DNA of 64,000 bases, taken from Candidatus Neptunichlamydia sp. GTDB taxonomy: Bacteria > Chlamydiota > Chlamydiia > Chlamydiales > Simkaniaceae. The stretch lies in the NCBI GenBank assembly GCA_965233865.1, contig OZ247587.1, positions 1,216,001-1,280,000 of the forward strand, read 5' to 3'. The notes beneath the pieces were generated by a model, which was not told the origin of the DNA, did not search any database, and was given only the letters and a program-made list of their open reading frames with translations. Positions within the stretch are counted from its first letter, which is position 1; each line of letters begins with the position of its first letter. A program made the translations under genes and the position numbers. Below, piece by piece: positions 8,319 to 17,581 of this stretch.

Positions 8319-9473
8319 TCAAGTTCCAAAGTGACTATTGAAGGTGTTAAATAATTCTGGTCTATTTGCAAAGCGCCCTTGTCCAATAAGAATATCTCGA
8401 AGTGATTCATTTACTTGTTCTCCATCATCATCAAATTGGGGGTAATCGTCCTCAATTATTGATTTAATAAACCCTTTCCCACGCAACATATGACCTGGAT
8501 GGAGATTTGCATAGTTTTCAACTGTGTCTTGGAAGTTTTCCTCCCAAAGACCTGAATTTATTCCAATATGACCGAGACGAGGACGTTTACCAAATTCTCT
8601 CCTAGCTGCATTCTCGTCATTTTCTATATTTCTGGCCTCTTCTAGGTCTGAATATAATGATGGAATTCCAGATGGATGAATCATTGGCAATGGAATAGAT
8701 CTTCTGTTTATGGACTCTTGAGGATCTTTTAAAAAGGATCTTTGGTGGCCGTGTTCATGAAGCAAGTCATCTACAGTTCTTGGTTGTTTACCATAGAACG
8801 TACGTCCTTCATAATCATGACGCATTCTTGTGGAATCTTCTGATTCTTCCTCGTCACTAGGAAATAAAAGTTCACCGCTATTAAGTTGTGATTGAGTAAA
8901 TGGTCCCTTCTTTCCAGGAGGTTCGTATATCTCTAGATGATGTAAGGGCTCCGTTCCGTATCCAGTAACCATGTCTTTTTGCTCGAATTGTCCATCTGCT
9001 CCTTGCTTAACTCCGAAACCAAACCTATTACTGTGCGAGAATGGTAGCTTTGATTTTTGATGTTTTTCTATGTCATCCAGTAAAACTTTAAAATAACTTG
9101 GAGCTCCCTTAGATGCTATTCTTGCATCTTCCATAATCGCGTCTTTATCTTCAGAGTCATCAGTGAAGTCAAATAAAGATTCATATTTACCTGTCAATAC
9201 GTCTGAAAGAGATCCCCTGGATCTAGCTTCGGGAAGAGGGATTTTGTCTTTTCTTAGTGGCTGTTCACCTGAAAAATACTCCGTAGAATTCGCATCAAAC
9301 AGGGGTATTTTACTTTTTCTAAGTGGAGCTTCTTGATCAGGAGAATCGATATACACAACGTTTTTTCTTATTGAGCGAGAAGGATCAACGTAAACTACAT
9401 TTTCTCTTTTTGTATCCCTTTTTTGCCTCTTGAGATCCCAACGATGCTGTTTTCTTCTTAGGTTGTGCTTCAT
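8319..9473 (-). CDS. RING-partner, M91/NleD-like zinc metalloprotease
   Basis: LLHEHGH...E...ENAARREFGKRPRLGH; basic N-terminus; 89-bp overlap with the RING gene. Confidence 0.65.
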   Translation of the reverse strand: MKHNLRRKQHRWDLKRQKRDTKRENVVYVDPSRSIRKNVVYIDSPDQEAPLRKSKIPLFDANSTEYFSGEQPLRKDKIPLPEARSRGSLSDVLTGKYESLFDFTDDSEDKDAIMEDARIASKGAPSYFKVLLDDIEKHQKSKLPFSHSNRFGFGVKQGADGQFEQKDMVTGYGTEPLHHLEIYEPPGKKGPFTQSQLNSGELLFPSDEEESEDSTRMRHDYEGRTFYGKQPRTVDDLLHEHGHQRSFLKDPQESINRRSIPLPMIHPSGIPSLYSDLEEARNIENDENAARREFGKRPRLGHIGINSGLWEENFQDTVENYANLHPGHMLRGKGFIKSIIEDDYPQFDDDGEQVNESLRDILIGQGRFANRPELFNTFNSHFGT

Positions 9474-9921
9474 TATTTTCTACCGTTCTTTTAAATATTT
9501 TTGTTACTTTTTCAAGATGTTCTACCGTTTCGTCAAATGACTGGTCATATAAGAAAAACCGCCCCGTTGTTTCAGATCTACAAATCGGACAAGGGATTTT
9601 ATCGTCCATTGTGAAGCCCTTTGTTTTTCCAATCATTTCTACAGCTTTCGCGCTTAAAGCATGGCTACAACGCATCACTAAAGGAGTTCTAATTGGTTCA
9701 TACGTCACTGGATCTAAAGCACATTCAGGCAATTCTTCACATAAAGGCCTAAGCTCTTCAACTATCCTATCGTTCATTGTCTTTTGAGCTTTCATTTCGC
9801 GTATTTCAAGCTCTCGATCTTTCAGTTCTTCTCGCATCTCAGATTCTTGTGTTTCCAGTTGCTCTCGGACGAACTGTTCAAAGTAAATAGTGTTGTTCTG
9901 AATGCTTAATATGGCTGACAT
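9385..9921 (-). CDS. RING/U-box-like protein (type gamma)
   Basis: Constant block, CSHALS...CPICR; AAGGAG RBS. Confidence 0.85.
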   Translation of the reverse strand: MSAILSIQNNTIYFEQFVREQLETQESEMREELKDRELEIREMKAQKTMNDRIVEELRPLCEELPECALDPVTYEPIRTPLVMRCSHALSAKAVEMIGKTKGFTMDDKIPCPICRSETTGRFFLYDQSFDETVEHLEKVTKIFKRTVENNEAQPKKKTASLGSQEAKKGYKKRKCSLR

Positions 9922-10963
9922 ATTGTTCTCCTTGGGGTTTACCTGCAAAAGCTGTGTTATAGCCTAGCCTAGTTGGTTGTATCTGTTCTCCCCTTTCATC
10001 ATTCTCTTGAATTCCTTGAAATGTTTTCATCACATCTTCTAACCAGCTTTTTGAGAATTTCCCATCGCCTTTTACTGAGCTCCAAAGAGAGCGTACTGGG
10101 TAATTATTTCCTTTTCTCGTTATAAAAACATGGTCTTCTGGCCTATCTTCATTGGCAAAAACAGTTGTCCCATCTGGAAGATCAAAATCTTGTAATTTAT
10201 TATAGTCGATTTCGCCACGATTTCCAGGCGGATTTAAAACATCTATAAGCCTTTCACCATAGGAAAGGCTGTATTTTCCAGGTTCTGTAGCTCTTTGAAG
10301 GCGTTCTTGTACTTCTTCTTTTTTCAGCTTGCCTCTTGAGATTAAGTCATAGCAAACCCCTTCAGCACAGTTCATCGTCTTTGGTTTTGAGCCTTTTTCG
10401 CTGTTATGGTCACTTCCATACTCGTCTGTAACCCACCTTCCAAACGGTCTGGAGGAATAATCTTCATGGTCAGCAATAGGACCCCAGGCTACGTTCTTGT
10501 AATATTCAGAGTCATCTGGGTTTGTGAATGGTGTTCCTGGTTCTGATTCTCTTGAAGAGATTTGATCAAAAAGTCCTTCTTCAAACTCTCTATATTGCGG
10601 TTGTAGAGCAGAATGCAAACTCTGACTATCTGGAATCTGATCAAACATTTCCTCTTCTAACCCTCTGAATCGAGGTAGAGTCTGTAATAGATTTATTTGA
10701 GAATCTTCTAGCTCTAAGCTAGCATCATATCCATATGGAAAACCAATATTACGGTTTGGTTCCTCATCTGAATCATAGTCCGGTGCATTTTTTGTAGGCA
10801 TGGGTGTTTTATAGATAGTTGAAGTAGGTCGAAGAGGTGGAGGAGGTACTGGCCTGTATGAATATTCTCTAAGAGTTGCCATCCACTTTGCCATATCAAT
10901 AGGCTGGTCTCCCATTTCTGGATCATATCTAGCAAACTGCTTTTTTCTATAATTACTCGGCAT
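9878..10963 (-). CDS. RING-partner with papain-like Cys/His domain
   Basis: MNCAEGVCYDL...DHVFIT...VRSLWS; paralogues at 57606 and 58937. Confidence 0.6.
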   Translation of the reverse strand: MPSNYRKKQFARYDPEMGDQPIDMAKWMATLREYSYRPVPPPPLRPTSTIYKTPMPTKNAPDYDSDEEPNRNIGFPYGYDASLELEDSQINLLQTLPRFRGLEEEMFDQIPDSQSLHSALQPQYREFEEGLFDQISSRESEPGTPFTNPDDSEYYKNVAWGPIADHEDYSSRPFGRWVTDEYGSDHNSEKGSKPKTMNCAEGVCYDLISRGKLKKEEVQERLQRATEPGKYSLSYGERLIDVLNPPGNRGEIDYNKLQDFDLPDGTTVFANEDRPEDHVFITRKGNNYPVRSLWSSVKGDGKFSKSWLEDVMKTFQGIQENDERGEQIQPTRLGYNTAFAGKPQGEQYVSHIKHSEQHYLL

Positions 10964-11354
10964 ATTTTTTAAAGATTCCGCTTATTTTTTTAAAAATTTC
11001 CACACAACCTTCTATAGGAATATATGGGTAAAGCATGTTGATTGTTGTTGAGGAGTTGCAAGATGGGCATTTTATTAAATCCTGCTTGTATAGCTTTTGT
11101 GTTTTAGCAATGCTCACAACTGTAGAAAGATTCAATGCGTGACCACACCTATATACTATACTTCTGTCTAAAGGCTCAAAAGTAACAGGGTCCAACGCGT
11201 CTGGAGGTAGTTCTTCGCACAAAGGCCTTAGTTCTTCAACAATCTTGCTATCTCTTGTCTGTCGTTCTTTATATCTCTCTTCAAACAATTCATCAATCGA
11301 CATTGTTTGTGTTGCGACAGTAGTGCTGTTTTTTGGTGTGATTGATATGCTCAT
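10953..11354 (-). CDS. RING/U-box-like protein (leader B1, type beta)
   Basis: MSISITPKNS leader, constant block, CGHALN...CPSC. Confidence 0.85.
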   Translation of the reverse strand: MSISITPKNSTTVATQTMSIDELFEERYKERQTRDSKIVEELRPLCEELPPDALDPVTFEPLDRSIVYRCGHALNLSTVVSIAKTQKLYKQDLIKCPSCNSSTTINMLYPYIPIEGCVEIFKKISGIFKKYAE

Positions 11355-11560
11355 CTTGTTCTCCTTGTGTCTATTATAACACATTTTGCACTGAATCGTG
11401 GCATGAATTCTTGTGTTTTTAAAAAATTTTTCATGTAGAAATGCAGGGAGTATATCATGATAGGAATAACACGTATTTTGAATTTTTGATTCGTGCGCAA
11501 ATCCGCCTGACCAAGAATAAAAAAAGAATGCTTTTTAGGGGTGGCCCCCTTTTTAAGGGT
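11355..11560. promoter_or_regulatory. Class B bidirectional promoter/leader repeat (also ~13082-13195, 17985-18183, 53332-53440, 56522-56720, 58335-58539; partial 55915-55985)
   Basis: TGTTATAAT plus AAGGAG toward the RING gene; divergent TTCATG-N17-TATCAT at 11430-11458; AGGGG-TGGC-CCCCT-T4 hairpin at 11537-11554. Confidence 0.75.
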
Positions 11561-11687
11561 AACTAGTTGGGATTTGGAATGTTTTAATGTGAATTTAGTT
11601 CAAATTGATAAGCTGAGTTTTCCAACAACAAATACAACTCCAAAACTATTTTAGCACATGTTTTTGAGAAGCTTGTATCAGGCATGA

Positions 11688-12605
11688 TCATCTTTGAATA
11701 GTGATTTCTTGTTTTGGGTGTCTATACCGAGGCATACGCATGATATCAGAGTGGTCAACGTCACTTCCTAGCGCGTCCCACAGAGTGCCAATATTTGGAA
11801 AATCAGAGCCAAATTCATCCTCTAAATTTTTTTCTTCTTCTAACTCAAACATACTCAATGGACCACTGTTTTTAATTAACCGCTCCGATTTTTCTAAAAA
11901 ACCATCCCAAGCTCTTAAATTTCTTTCTGTTGGGATTTGTTTTCGTTCTGTATCCATAAATTTGTAGGTTTCATTTTGTAAATCTACAGGTAGATTATTA
12001 CCTATTTTTCCTAGCAACGCAGACCTTAGGGTGCCTCTATTTATTAAAGCGTCCTGTAAGTTGCCGTTTGAGGAACCGTGATCAGCTTCAGAAAGAAAAC
12101 TAATCTCATCAGAACCAGTATCTTCTGGTTGGAATAGTGGGTCTCGAACAGACCCCACATCAGAATCATTGTCGTTCACTCCTGAAAATCCAGGGAATGC
12201 ACGATACTCAAGGGCAGGATAATTATTGTCATCTATTAAAAAATTTGGCTTTTCCTTGAAATCCCTTAAGTCACCCCAATTATATTCCTTTGGTAATGAT
12301 TCGTATCTTCTACGAGATCTTTCGTAGTTTTTTAATCCTTTATAAGAGCTTCTGTCTTCATGAACATGTCGTGGAATGTAAGTTGGCGATAGACCACCAT
12401 CTTCCTGAATTTCTTCTAATCCAGTTTCTTTAGTAACAAAATCTCTTAAGAGCCCTTCATCGTAATGGGATAAAAAATCAAATGTTTGAGGAGAGGGAAG
12501 ATCTGTGAAAGTATTAGCATAAGCGGCAACATCAGGAATGTCATTGTAACCATAATCTCTAATATCTATTTTTCTACGTTTAAGATTTCCCATTTTCAGC
12601 CTCAA
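11688..12605 (-). CDS. RING-partner, acidic low-complexity hypothetical protein
   Basis: 305-aa ORF; TTGA overlap with the RING stop; KRRK near the N-terminus. Confidence 0.7.
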   Translation of the reverse strand: MRLKMGNLKRRKIDIRDYGYNDIPDVAAYANTFTDLPSPQTFDFLSHYDEGLLRDFVTKETGLEEIQEDGGLSPTYIPRHVHEDRSSYKGLKNYERSRRRYESLPKEYNWGDLRDFKEKPNFLIDDNNYPALEYRAFPGFSGVNDNDSDVGSVRDPLFQPEDTGSDEISFLSEADHGSSNGNLQDALINRGTLRSALLGKIGNNLPVDLQNETYKFMDTERKQIPTERNLRAWDGFLEKSERLIKNSGPLSMFELEEEKNLEDEFGSDFPNIGTLWDALGSDVDHSDIMRMPRYRHPKQEITIQR

Positions 12606-13081
12606 ACTGTTAGTTTGTTTTTGTCGAAAACATTTTTTATTCTTTTTATAATTCCCACTGTCTCTCCAAAAGATTGGTCATAAAATAGGTGGTTTATTTT
12701 TGAATCCTTTCTGCAAAGAGGACATTCTATATTTAAGTCACTTCTACTTCTTTTTTTTGATTCGAAGATTGATTTGATGGTATCTTCATTAAATGTATGT
12801 CCACATCGTGTTACTCTAGGTCGTTCCAAAGGCTCAAACGTAACAGGATCTAAGGTGCAATCGGGAAGCTCTTCACACAGAGGTCTTAATTCTTCTACGA
12901 TTTGGTCATTCCTTGTTTTTTGAGCTTTTATCGATTCTAGGTTTTCTTGCATCCCTCTCATCTCATCTTCTCGATCTTTCAGGTCTGCTCGCGCTTCTGT
13001 TTCTTGCGTTTCCATTTGAGTACGCATCGCTTGTTCAAAATAAGTGATAGTGTTGCTTTTTGTATTTGCTATGACGGACAT
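12602..13081 (-). CDS. RING/U-box-like protein (leader B2, type zeta)
   Basis: Constant block, CGHTFN...CPLCR. Confidence 0.85.
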   Translation of the reverse strand: MSVIANTKSNTITYFEQAMRTQMETQETEARADLKDREDEMRGMQENLESIKAQKTRNDQIVEELRPLCEELPDCTLDPVTFEPLERPRVTRCGHTFNEDTIKSIFESKKRSRSDLNIECPLCRKDSKINHLFYDQSFGETVGIIKRIKNVFDKNKLTV

Positions 13082-13290
13082 CTTGTTCTCCTTGTGTCTA
13101 TTATAACACATTTTGCGCTGAATCGTGGCATGAATTTTTGCTTTTTTAAAAAATTTTTCATGTATAAATGCAGAGAGTGTATCATGATAGGAATTAAGGT
13201 AAAATCCATCGAACAGTCAGGTGATTTTCCAAAACCTCCTCCAAATAGAGTAAAATTCATCTTATAAATGAACGTAATAGGAAGAAAATT

Positions 13291-13701
13291 ATGAGTACGA
13301 TAACAGCAACAACAAGCACACAAACATTGTCTTTTGATGAAATCGTTGAGCAAGCGATTCAAGAACGGCAGTTAAAAAGTGATGAATCTTTTGAAGAATT
13401 AAGGGAGCACATTTGTGATTACTCTCCAACATTAGGATATGATCCGATCACTAATGAACCATTGATAGAAGAACCTCTTCAGATACGGTGTGGTCACGTG
13501 TTTAATAGAAATACTTTTATCAAAGAATTTAAGAAAATTCCAAAAGAACAAAAAGATCCAGAAAAACAGGAGTGCTTTGTATGCAAAAAAACTTATTCTG
13601 CTCGCTGTGCTTGGTCTAACTTTTCAACAGAAAGTGCTATGAGATATATAATAAAAACAAAGGAACTATTTAAAACATATGCCGCCAAAATACAATTTTA
13701 A
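13291..13701 (+). CDS. Divergent RING/U-box-like protein
   Basis: YDPITNEPL..P..IRCGHVFNR...CFVC. Confidence 0.8.
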   Translation: MSTITATTSTQTLSFDEIVEQAIQERQLKSDESFEELREHICDYSPTLGYDPITNEPLIEEPLQIRCGHVFNRNTFIKEFKKIPKEQKDPEKQECFVCKKTYSARCAWSNFSTESAMRYIIKTKELFKTYAAKIQF

Positions 13702-13811
13702 TGGTCTTCAAACTCTAGAAGAAGAAAATCCGGAAGAAGAAGCACAAGACTTTTGGAATGTTCAGAAAGAAGACATGGGTTAGAAAGAAATTTAGTTCCA
13801 GAGAATAGACT

Positions 13812-14303
13812 ATGATAACAGCAAGCTGTTCTACACAGACAGAATACTCAATCCAACAATTGTATTATAAATCTCCAAGAAAAGCTTGGGAGCCAATTAT
13901 TGCAACTGGGATTTTCAAAAAAAAAGATGCAGAATCTCAAACAATTGAGACTGGGATTAACCAAAAATTAAAACAAGTATTTAAATTAAAAATAAAAAAT
14001 CATGATAAATCAAAAGATTCAGAATCTCAAACATATGCATTTCCAGTCTTGATGGGTCTATATCAACACATGATAGATCAGAAAGCATCTAAGATAAATG
14101 GAAAGGTCGAACACATAAGTAATAAAGAGTTAACAGATCCGATAACGCTTTCATGTAGCCATATTTTTAACAAAAAAACGATTGAGAATATCGAATCTGC
14201 GCGTCATTTCATGCACGAACGAAATGTTGAACCTCTAGAAGATTACCCAAAAATACCATGCCCAGCATGTAATAGATTATTAAACGCAAAGGAATATATA
14301 TAA
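13812..14303 (+). CDS. Divergent RING/U-box-like protein
   Basis: ELTDPITLSCSHIFNKKTIE...CPAC. Confidence 0.75.
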   Translation: MITASCSTQTEYSIQQLYYKSPRKAWEPIIATGIFKKKDAESQTIETGINQKLKQVFKLKIKNHDKSKDSESQTYAFPVLMGLYQHMIDQKASKINGKVEHISNKELTDPITLSCSHIFNKKTIENIESARHFMHERNVEPLEDYPKIPCPACNRLLNAKEYI

Positions 14304-14506
14304 TGTCATTACCAGCTCAGAACCTTTTAAATGATTTAGGGTTAACACAGGAACAGTACGATGTTTTTTTACGTGATCAAGAAATAGCGGAAAGGATCAT
14401 AGTGAATTATCCTTTATTTTGGGCAACATATGGTATAATGAACGCAAGAGGAAGAAGTTATGAGTATGATAACAGCAACAACAAGCACACAAACATTGTC
14501 TTTTGA
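14303..14506 (+). CDS. Short RING-coupled hypothetical protein (probably truncated)
   Basis: TAATG overlap with the RING stop. Confidence 0.4.
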   Translation: MSLPAQNLLNDLGLTQEQYDVFLRDQEIAERIIVNYPLFWATYGIMNARGRSYEYDNSNNKHTNIVF

Positions 14507-15990
14507 TGAAATCGTTGAACAAGCAGTTCAAGAGAAACAACGTGATAATGATGTGCTTCTTGAAAAAGTAAGGCATGAGGTATGTGATTTTGAGCCCATG
14601 CTAGGTTATGATTCTGTTACAGGCAAGCCGTTAACCTATAATGGTCCCAGAGATTCGAGCCACTTGCTAAGCTAGTTTTCTCCCGATAAAAGGAGAACAG
14701 AAATGGTAAAAACAAGAAAAAAATATTCCGCTGAATTTAAGCTGAAGGTGGTGCTTGAAGTTTTGAAAGGAGAGAAAACGGCAGGAGAGCTTGCTGGGAA
14801 ATTTGAAGTTCACCCTTTAGTCCTTGGAGGGTGGAAAAGACACTTTAAAGCCACGGCAGCCCAAATTTTTGAGAAAAGCAATAAGCGTTTGATTACCAAA
14901 GAAGAGGAGCAGGAAAAAGGAGAGTTATTTGAGCAAATTGGAAGGCTAAAAATGGAGCTGGAATGGCTTAAAAAAAAGTACACGGCTTTGAGTTAGCTCT
15001 GAGAAAATCTCTTATAGATGCAGGTGATACTGAGCTATCACAGAGAAAGCAGTGTGAGCTTCTGGGATTAAGTAGATCGACCCTATACTACGTTGAGAAC
15101 ATTCCTAAAAAAGAAGACTTAGACTTAATGAAAGCAATTGATAAAGAATATCTTAGAAACCCATTTTATGGGAGACGTAGGATGACATTAGAAATGCGCG
15201 ACCAAGGATTTTTCGTTGGAGAAAAAAAAGTCAGGACTGCCATGAAAAAAATGGGATTAGAAGCGATTTACCCAAAGCCTAATTTGAGCAAGCCACATCA
15301 GGAGCACAAGAAATATCCATATTTGATGAGGTCTGTAAAGGTAGACCGTTCTGACCAAGTGTGGGCTGCAGACATCACGTATATTCCGCTTCAAGGTGGA
15401 TTTGCATATTTATTTGCAATTATTGATTGGTACAGCAGGTTTATCCTTGAATGGGAGCTCTCAAATCTCCTTGATACAGATTTTTGCATAGAGGCTTTGG
15501 AAAGAAGTTTGAAAAAAAACTGCCCAGAAATTTTCAATACAGATCAGGGAGTGCAGTTCACAAGCTTGTGCTTTACTAAGAGATTAGAAAAAGAGGGTGT
15601 GAAAATCAGCATGGACGGGAAAGGGAGAGCTCTTGATAATATTTTCATAGAGCGTCTTTGGAGAAGTGTGAAGTATGAGGATATTTATCCTAAAGGGTAT
15701 GAAAGCCTTAAAGAACTAAAAAAGGGACTAGAGGTGTATTTTGAGTTTTATAATGGACAGCGCCGTCACTAGAGTTTGGGATATCAGACGCCGTCAGAGA
15801 TCTATTATGGAACAGGCCTTGAGGTCTAAAGAAGGAATAAGAACTGAATTTAACATCAGGAAAAACTAGCTTAACTTTTGCAAATTTTGGTCTTGACGTC
15901 TGGGATCACCATAATGTTTATCTAGACCTTACAATGCGATACGTTATGAAAATAAAAGGAGTATTTAAAGACCATGCCGCCAAAACATAG
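14460..15990 (+). pseudogene. RING-like paralogue of 13291, interrupted by IS3 with the RING core lost
   Basis: N-terminus MSMITATTSTQ...YDSVTGKP precedes the IS. Only the tail MRYVMKIKGVFKDHAAKT* follows it; no TSD. Confidence 0.7.
14637..15913 (+). mobile_element. IS3-family element, full length (orfA 14703-14996, orfB to 15772)
   Basis: Terminal IRs, A8G slippery site at 14970-14978, DDE motifs WAADITY/FNTDQG/ERLWRSVKYE; amber stop at 15770. Confidence 0.95.
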
Positions 15991-16107
15991 TTTACACGGA
16001 CTACCAGCACATTTACGTTCTATGGCAGAAGATGCTATGCCAGATACGAGGCATCCACCACCTGCATATACTACAAGCAGAATAAATCCAACCCTTGAAG
16101 GAGAAGA

Positions 16108-16326
16108 TTATGGCCTTACTATTGTTCCGTCGCTTTTAATTTCATAGCAATAGTGAACTTCAGGTTTTTCAAATGTTTTGCCACAGATAGGACATGTCCA
16201 AGAAGGAGCTTCTTTTTTGCGAGAGGATTCTTTCACAGTTTTAATGTCTTTAAAATCTTCACTCGCTGCGTTTAATATTCCCAAGAATGACAATGACAAA
16301 ATGATTTTAGTAGTGAATTTTAACAC
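16108..16326 (-). CDS. Small secreted protein with WTCPIC motif
   Basis: Signal-peptide-like N-terminus; motif shared with 21867-22226. Confidence 0.6.
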   Translation of the reverse strand: MLKFTTKIILSLSFLGILNAASEDFKDIKTVKESSRKKEAPSWTCPICGKTFEKPEVHYCYEIKSDGTIVRP

Positions 16327-16358
16327 AATGTTTTTCCTTTAGATTAGCTGCTTGAGGT

Positions 16359-16592
16359 TCAATCTAAAATGCCGTTAAGATCATCAAGACCTAAGACTTC
16401 TTGAATTTCATGAGGGTCCATATTCTTTTCAACAAGCTTTCTTGCAATGTATTTTAAGCGATTTTCTTTTTCTAGTTCTTTCTCCAGCTTCAGAAAATTT
16501 AATTCTTCTTTAAGGCCTGCGTTCTCAATGGCCGAAATTTTTAAATAATCTAATTGAGCTTGTGCTATTTCGTTTTCTACATATGGGTCCAT
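16359..16592 (-). CDS. Small hypothetical protein resembling the C-terminal tail of Rpn/PD-(D/E)XK proteins
   Basis: IARKLVEKNMDPHEIQEVLGL. Confidence 0.45.
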   Translation of the reverse strand: MDPYVENEIAQAQLDYLKISAIENAGLKEELNFLKLEKELEKENRLKYIARKLVEKNMDPHEIQEVLGLDDLNGILD

Positions 16593-16645
16593 GATGTTCT
16601 CTTATTTAAATTGGTCATGGGATTTACTTATAGCATAGAATTTGT

Positions 16646-17581
16646 TTACTCGAAGTTATTTATATAAAACCATCGCATCCAACCTCCTCTTCTTTGAGGT
16701 GCTTTAATGTTTTGCCGTTGATTCTCCTTCAGCTGGCGCCTCTCTTCTAGGAAATCTTGATCTTTAAATAAGTGCCCTGGATATTGCCTTTGAATCGGAA
16801 AAATTGCATTATTGAAGCTGTTTTGATCAGGCTTTTCCTGCCACCCAAAATGTCCATATCTAACGGGGAGACCAGCTTCTTCCCTAAAAGCATTTTCTGT
16901 AACTTCTCCCTTTTTAAAATCTCCTCTTTTACCTATGACTTTTATCTCATTGGTGTTGCTGTAGAATGGAATATTAACTGCATTAGGAGAGTAATTTCCC
17001 TGTTTTTTGTCTAAGATATGCTTTGCTTCATGAGCAAAAGAAATGTGATTTGGTCTTTCAATAGGAATCATCTCTCTCTCTTTTGAATGCCTGCCAACAA
17101 CATATCCAGAGTTAGAGTTCATGGAAATTTCATTGTCTCCAGCTTCCCAATCTCTTTTGGTAACATCTATTTTTGGTGGTGAAAATTTAGCAAGAGCACC
17201 TGCTAGACTATTTGTTGTTTGAGGGGATCTCATAGATAAAACCACTCCATGATTATGCATATCTTTTTCAAGTCCTTCCTCTACGTTAAATAGAGATTGA
17301 AAATTAAGAAATGTTTGAAGTTCTTGAGGGTAGTTCTGAGAGTCTCTGATTATATTTTTTCTGTTTTTTAATTCTGCTTTCATTACGTCATTGAGAGATT
17401 TATAATTTTGTAGAGGAAACATTGATTGGCGAGTAGAGTAGTCATCTGAACCAACATAGATTGTGTGTTTCCTTTTTGCTTCCCGAGGAGCATCAACGCG
17501 AACTGTATTTACTCTTACAGGTTCTTTTTTTTGTCTTTTTAGACCCGAATGAGGCTGCTCTTTTCGTCGATTTTTCTTCAT
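16646..17581 (-). CDS. RING-partner, M91/NleD-like zinc metalloprotease
   Basis: FAHEAKHILD...NEIKVIG...TENAFREEAGLPVRYGH; 89-bp overlap with the RING gene. Confidence 0.75.
   Translation of the reverse strand: MKKNRRKEQPHSGLKRQKKEPVRVNTVRVDAPREAKRKHTIYVGSDDYSTRQSMFPLQNYKSLNDVMKAELKNRKNIIRDSQNYPQELQTFLNFQSLFNVEEGLEKDMHNHGVVLSMRSPQTTNSLAGALAKFSPPKIDVTKRDWEAGDNEISMNSNSGYVVGRHSKEREMIPIERPNHISFAHEAKHILDKKQGNYSPNAVNIPFYSNTNEIKVIGKRGDFKKGEVTENAFREEAGLPVRYGHFGWQEKPDQNSFNNAIFPIQRQYPGHLFKDQDFLEERRQLKENQRQNIKAPQRRGGWMRWFYINNFE

Noticed and set aside
13126..13141. Sigma-54 promoter in class B leaders (TGGCATGAATTTTTGC)
   Set aside because: GG-to-GC spacing is 11 bp, not the required 10.
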